64,000 bases of DNA from Lepidodermella squamata (Eukaryota > Animalia > Gastrotricha): NCBI GenBank assembly GCA_047495785.1, contig JBLDXI010000035.1, forward strand, positions 1 to 64,000. The letters are read 5' to 3'. The notes under the pieces were generated by a model, which was not told where the DNA came from, searched no databases, and was given only the letters and a program-made list of their open reading frames with translations. Both the position numbers and the translations under genes were made by a program. Positions 60,101-64,000 of this stretch are shown here, piece by piece (within the stretch, counting starts at the first letter, position 1; the number at the start of each line of letters is the position of its first letter).

Positions 60101-63040
60101 CAGGGAAGAGTTTCCTCCTGAATGGCGTTATTGATGACGTCCGTTCCAAAGGACACATTGTTTTGTCATGCGCTTCATCCGGCATTGCGTCGCTTCTGCT
60201 ACACAACGGCCGAACTGCTCATTCGGTTTTTAAAATTCCCATTGAAGGCGTCAACGAGCATACGACCTGCAATATTCCGGTTCAAGGTGCCTTGGCGTCA
60301 TTGTTGCGGCAAACGGATCTCATAATCTTTGACGAAGCCTCCATGCTCCACAAATACGCTTTCGCAGCGGTCGATCGAACTCTTCGAGACATTCTCAAAA
60401 CCGATAGTCCGTTTGGTGGAATAACTGTTGTTTTCGGAGGTGACATGCGACAATGTCTTCCGGTTGTTGCACACGGCGGACGCGCGGAAACGGTCGATGC
60501 CTGCGTCACAAAGGCTGAGTTTTGGAAAGACGTCCAGGTTATCAGGTTGACGAAAAACATGCGCGTTATATCCGACCCAGAAGTCGCGTGGTTTCCTGAT
60601 TGGTTATTGCGTGTTGGTGATGGCACGTGCCCTGTTCTAACAGCTGCAGGTCCTGACTGTATCGCAATCCCAGATCAGATCGTCAAGACTCAGTCCCTAA
60701 CTCAGCTAATCGATCACGTCTACCACGACCTGTCCGAGAACTACAAGAAAACCGCGTGGGTCGCTGAACGCTGTATCCTTGCAACTCGCAATGTGGAGGT
60801 AGACGAGCTTAATTTGCGTATTGTCGACCAGCTGCCACGGGACATTGTAAGCCGAGACTACCTGAGCTGTGACTCCACCATCGAGACCTGCCAGGCCGTC
60901 CGCTTTCCTCCTGAGATTCTCAACAGGTTATCACCTCCTGCCTTGCCGCCTCACCGGCTCAGACTCAAGGTTGGCGTTCCCGTTATTCTAACGCGGAACT
61001 TAAATCCTTCCAGGGGTCTGTGCAATGGGACCCGGCTAATCATTCGGCATTTGGGCAATAAGGTTTTGCTTGCGGAGGTTATCACCGGCGATTATAAGGG
61101 CCATTTGGTTGAAATACCACGTATTCCACTTATCTGTTCAAACGAAGACGTTCCCGTTGCCATGAAGCGAGTCCAGTTCCCCCTGCGACTCGCTTTTGCC
61201 ATGACCATCAATAAAAGTCAGGGCCAGACTTTCAACTTCCTGGGATTATCCCTTCTACATACCAGTGTCTTCAGCCACGGTCAGCTCTACGTTGCCCTGT
61301 CGAGGGTTCGCGACCCCAGGAAATTGGCAGTTCTTTGCCCTGCTTTAGACAAGCCTCGGCGTCCCTATTCGCGCAATATCGTGTTCAAAGAATCCTTGCT
61401 GTGAATAACTGAAGCTCAACAAACTTTTCTTTTCATTCCGACTTTTTTTACTTCGACTTCTGCTTAATAAAAAAGAAGGTTTTCGTATTAAAGTTTTTCT
61501 TTGAACACACGGATATTACGAAGGCGGGCGCTTGCGCCCGCCTGTTTTCCTAGTTTAGGAAAAATGAACAATCAAAAATTCGAATAACGAATTTTAGCTG
61601 GGATGAAATATGTACAATACTGATTTTTTACTAAACTATGCAACTCAAACTAGAGGATTTGGCTAGATTGCCAAGCTATTTTGATACAAAAGTGGATGCC
61701 AAGCTCCTGAAAGCGAAAGACGAATAAAAATGCTCGTGTATTATCATTTTACGGGTGGGTTTGCGGAAAAATTTTCCATTTTCTTGCTTTCAATGTTCAA
61801 GGCCAACTTTTCAATAAAATTTGGAAAATTTGAATCGTTGTTTCAAACTTAATTTCTTGATGATAACGACATTCGCAATTTGAGAAATCTAAAATACGTG
61901 AATTTGATGATTCAACTTAAAATTAAAGAAAAATTGGTGTTTTCATCAAAAAAGAATTTTCTTCCATTCCGTGTACAGATAAAATTATAGTTTGAAAGAC
62001 TGAAAAATTACCTTTCAAATAGAGAGCGAAATACTTCTCGCCAAGCACCCTCGTGATGACGGACATGCGCTGGAGAGACGACGAAAACGGGAACTGGCGA
62101 ATGATGCCCACCTCGAAGGGCAGCGGGGTCGGCGAGCCGTTGCCGTCGCCAGCCGCCGACGCACCCATGGACGAAGTGTCGCCGCCGCCACCGCTGCCGG
62201 ACGTGTTGAGCTGCGACGAGCGCGGGCGGACAATCGTCGGCGTGAGCACCTCGTAGCCCGCCTGGCCGTCGCCCATGTCCGCCTCGGCGCTGGCAGCCGG
62301 CTCCTCCAACTCCCAGCCGGTCTCCTGGAACATCTTCAAGTCGATCGGATCGCCAGTCACCTCGCCTTCGATGACGGCGAGGGAGTGGCACGTCGCCATG
62401 CACGTCGCCAGCTGCGATTTCCCCGGCAGGTACGCGCCGCTGGTGATGGGCGCCTGGAACTGGCCGCGCTGGCACGGCACGACCCGCGAGAAGTCGAGCC
62501 CGTCCTCCGTCAGCGTGCCCGTCTTGTCGAAGCACACGATGTCGACGACGCCGCACACGTTGATGGTGGAGGGCGACACGCAGAAGATCTTGTGCTTCTT
62601 CAGCCGCCGCTGCGCCGTCGCGTAGCCGACCGAGAGCGCGATGGGCAGGGCGGGCGGCACGACGATGGTGATGAGGTCGAGACAGCGGACGATGATGAGC
62701 GAGGCGGACTCGCCGCGGGACAGCCGCAGCACGAGCGAGTAGACGAGGCCGATCATGGCGATGCCGGCGAGCAGCCCCACGAACTTCATCGCGTCGACGA
62801 CGAACTTGAAGTCCATGGGCTTCGGGAAGAGGATCGAGCGGATCAGCTCGCCCTTCGCCGTCATGAAGCCCGTCGACAGCACGACGGCCCGCACCGACTT
62901 GTTCGCGAAGTACTTGGTCTGGATGACGCGCGTGCCGCAGAACAGCACGTGCCGTTCGTGCAGCTTCACGTGCAGTTGCTGGTCTTCGGCCGCGTTGCGC
63001 ACGGCTGGCAGGGCAGTTTTTGTCACCGGGACAGATTCAC
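51162..63040 (-). CDS. P5B-type ATPase (ATP13A2/3-like polyamine transporter), 5' part outside the window; exons 63040-62012, 55780-55431, 54568-53783, 52917-52356, 51625-51162
   Basis: GES; VVPPALP (P5B signature); FDKTGTLT; KGAPE; MVTGDN; MCGDGANDCGALK; C-terminal TM helices. Confidence 0.93.
55828..61553 (+). mobile_element. Apparently complete autonomous Helitron inside an ATP13A intron (antisense)
   Basis: 5' A|TCAACAACATAAAG; 3' hairpin AGGCGGGCGC-TT-GCGCCCGCCT then CTAG|T; encodes RepHel. The 5' end is less certain than the 3' end. Confidence 0.88.
56129..61404 (+). CDS. Helitron Rep/PIF1-helicase; introns 57329-57380 and 59038-59092 restore frame; 5' exons tentative
   Basis: Zn motif CSNC..CCNHGKV; Rep motifs PDLFVTFTCNP, EFQKRGLPHAHIL, KYLYKYVYKG; helicase GFGGSGKS, DEASM, GDMRQCLP, FAMTINKSQGQT, GQLYVALSRV. 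Confidence 0.93.
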
Positions 63041-64000
63041 CTGCGATACAAAAAATTGACAAAATTAGCATTTTCTTAGAAAAACAACATCCTAATTTGG
63101 AAAATTCAACTTTTCTTATGAATTTCAAACTCTTCCGTGCATCAGTTCTCAACATTTTAGAGGCGTAAACGAATGGAAAAAGAGCGGAAAAAGCGTTGTT
63201 ATGAAAATTTCAACGAATTGCAATTGAATATTATTCTAAAAAAAATTATTATAATGTTTCCAAAAATGCACGATTTGGAATATTGCGTTCTCCCATTTGA
63301 AATCATCAACATTTCATTACTCTGCGAAAATAAATAGCAAAGAAATAGCATTACTTACGCCTCAAACTTAACGATTTGCAGGTAAATTTGCAGTCTAATT
63401 ACTGTAACAACCCCTTTTTAAAGGCAAATAGATATGTCTTGGAACTCGAACGAATGAGTTCCAACCTCTCCATTCGACAACAGACTGCAGTGATGAAAAT
63501 TGCCTCTGTATTAAGAATTCATTATTTTTTAAATTGCTTTCACACCGATACTTAACATCAAAACGTTCGAGAGATTTTGAGGTAAAATTCATTTTCCCAG
63601 AAATTCATATTTGGCTGAAAACTGGCAACTTTAACCTTGTTTTTATCCCAGTTTGGTTTCAGATAACAATGCTGATAAAAAAACAGCGGCAAAACATGCA
63701 CCAATGGCATTCCCTGTAAAATTTTCAAAACCTGAACAAAATTTTCTGATTTTTCAGAAGGAAATCCTCAATTTCCAAGTATTTCTCAATAATTTGTCAC
63801 ACTAATGACATAAATTTTCAGCCGACTCTTGAATCTGGTCTCTGCCAGTAACCTGGAAGTTAAACATGGGTCATTGCGAGTCGTGCAAGTTTTGCAGCTA
63901 TGTAAAAAATGATGCAGCAATAAATTCCAAATATTTGCATGCAGCGACAAGACTCTTCAAGAATTATGAATAATTAAGCTGATTTTCCGCTATCCTCCTA

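Noticed and set aside
1-64000. CRISPR arrays, rRNA genes, prokaryotic operons or telomeric arrays
   Set aside because: None seen. The genes are spliceosomal and eukaryotic, and the (CCCTAT)n tract at 32.3 kb is short and internal.

Overview
Eukaryotic invertebrate genomic DNA. It looks nematode-like from its TTTTCAG acceptors, ~50-nt introns, NAS-type astacin, operon-like gene spacing and PATC-like introns, but the taxon is not proven. The window starts at a contig end. Bases 1-17 match, from memory, the PacBio barcode adapter bc1003. Bases 18-4766 form a ~4.75-kb fold-back palindrome whose 71-nt loop is the body of a tRNA-Tyr gene, so the left arm is most likely a library or amplification chimera. 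Protein genes: PRC1/Ase1 (-), PUF60 (+), CDC25 (+), two orphan membrane-protein genes (-), an EGF/C-type-lectin gene disrupted by a MITE (-), ATP synthase subunit e (-), ACADSB (+), a 2OG-Fe(II) oxygenase (-), an SDR (+), an astacin-EGF-CUB-kringle protein lacking all catalytic residues (-), APLF (-), LTO1-like (-) and the 3' part of a P5B ATPase/ATP13A (-). One ATP13A intron holds an apparently complete Helitron. A tRNA module with 13 anticodons in total occurs in several partial, duplicated copies interleaved with enzyme genes. Several MITEs and two LINE relics are present. The strongest novelty candidates are the His-to-Met pseudo-astacin with a kringle domain, the PATC-like 10-bp periodic introns paired with extreme-GC3 exons, the tRNA-array-with-cargo region, and the complete Helitron. 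No prokaryotic-type system such as CRISPR was seen.
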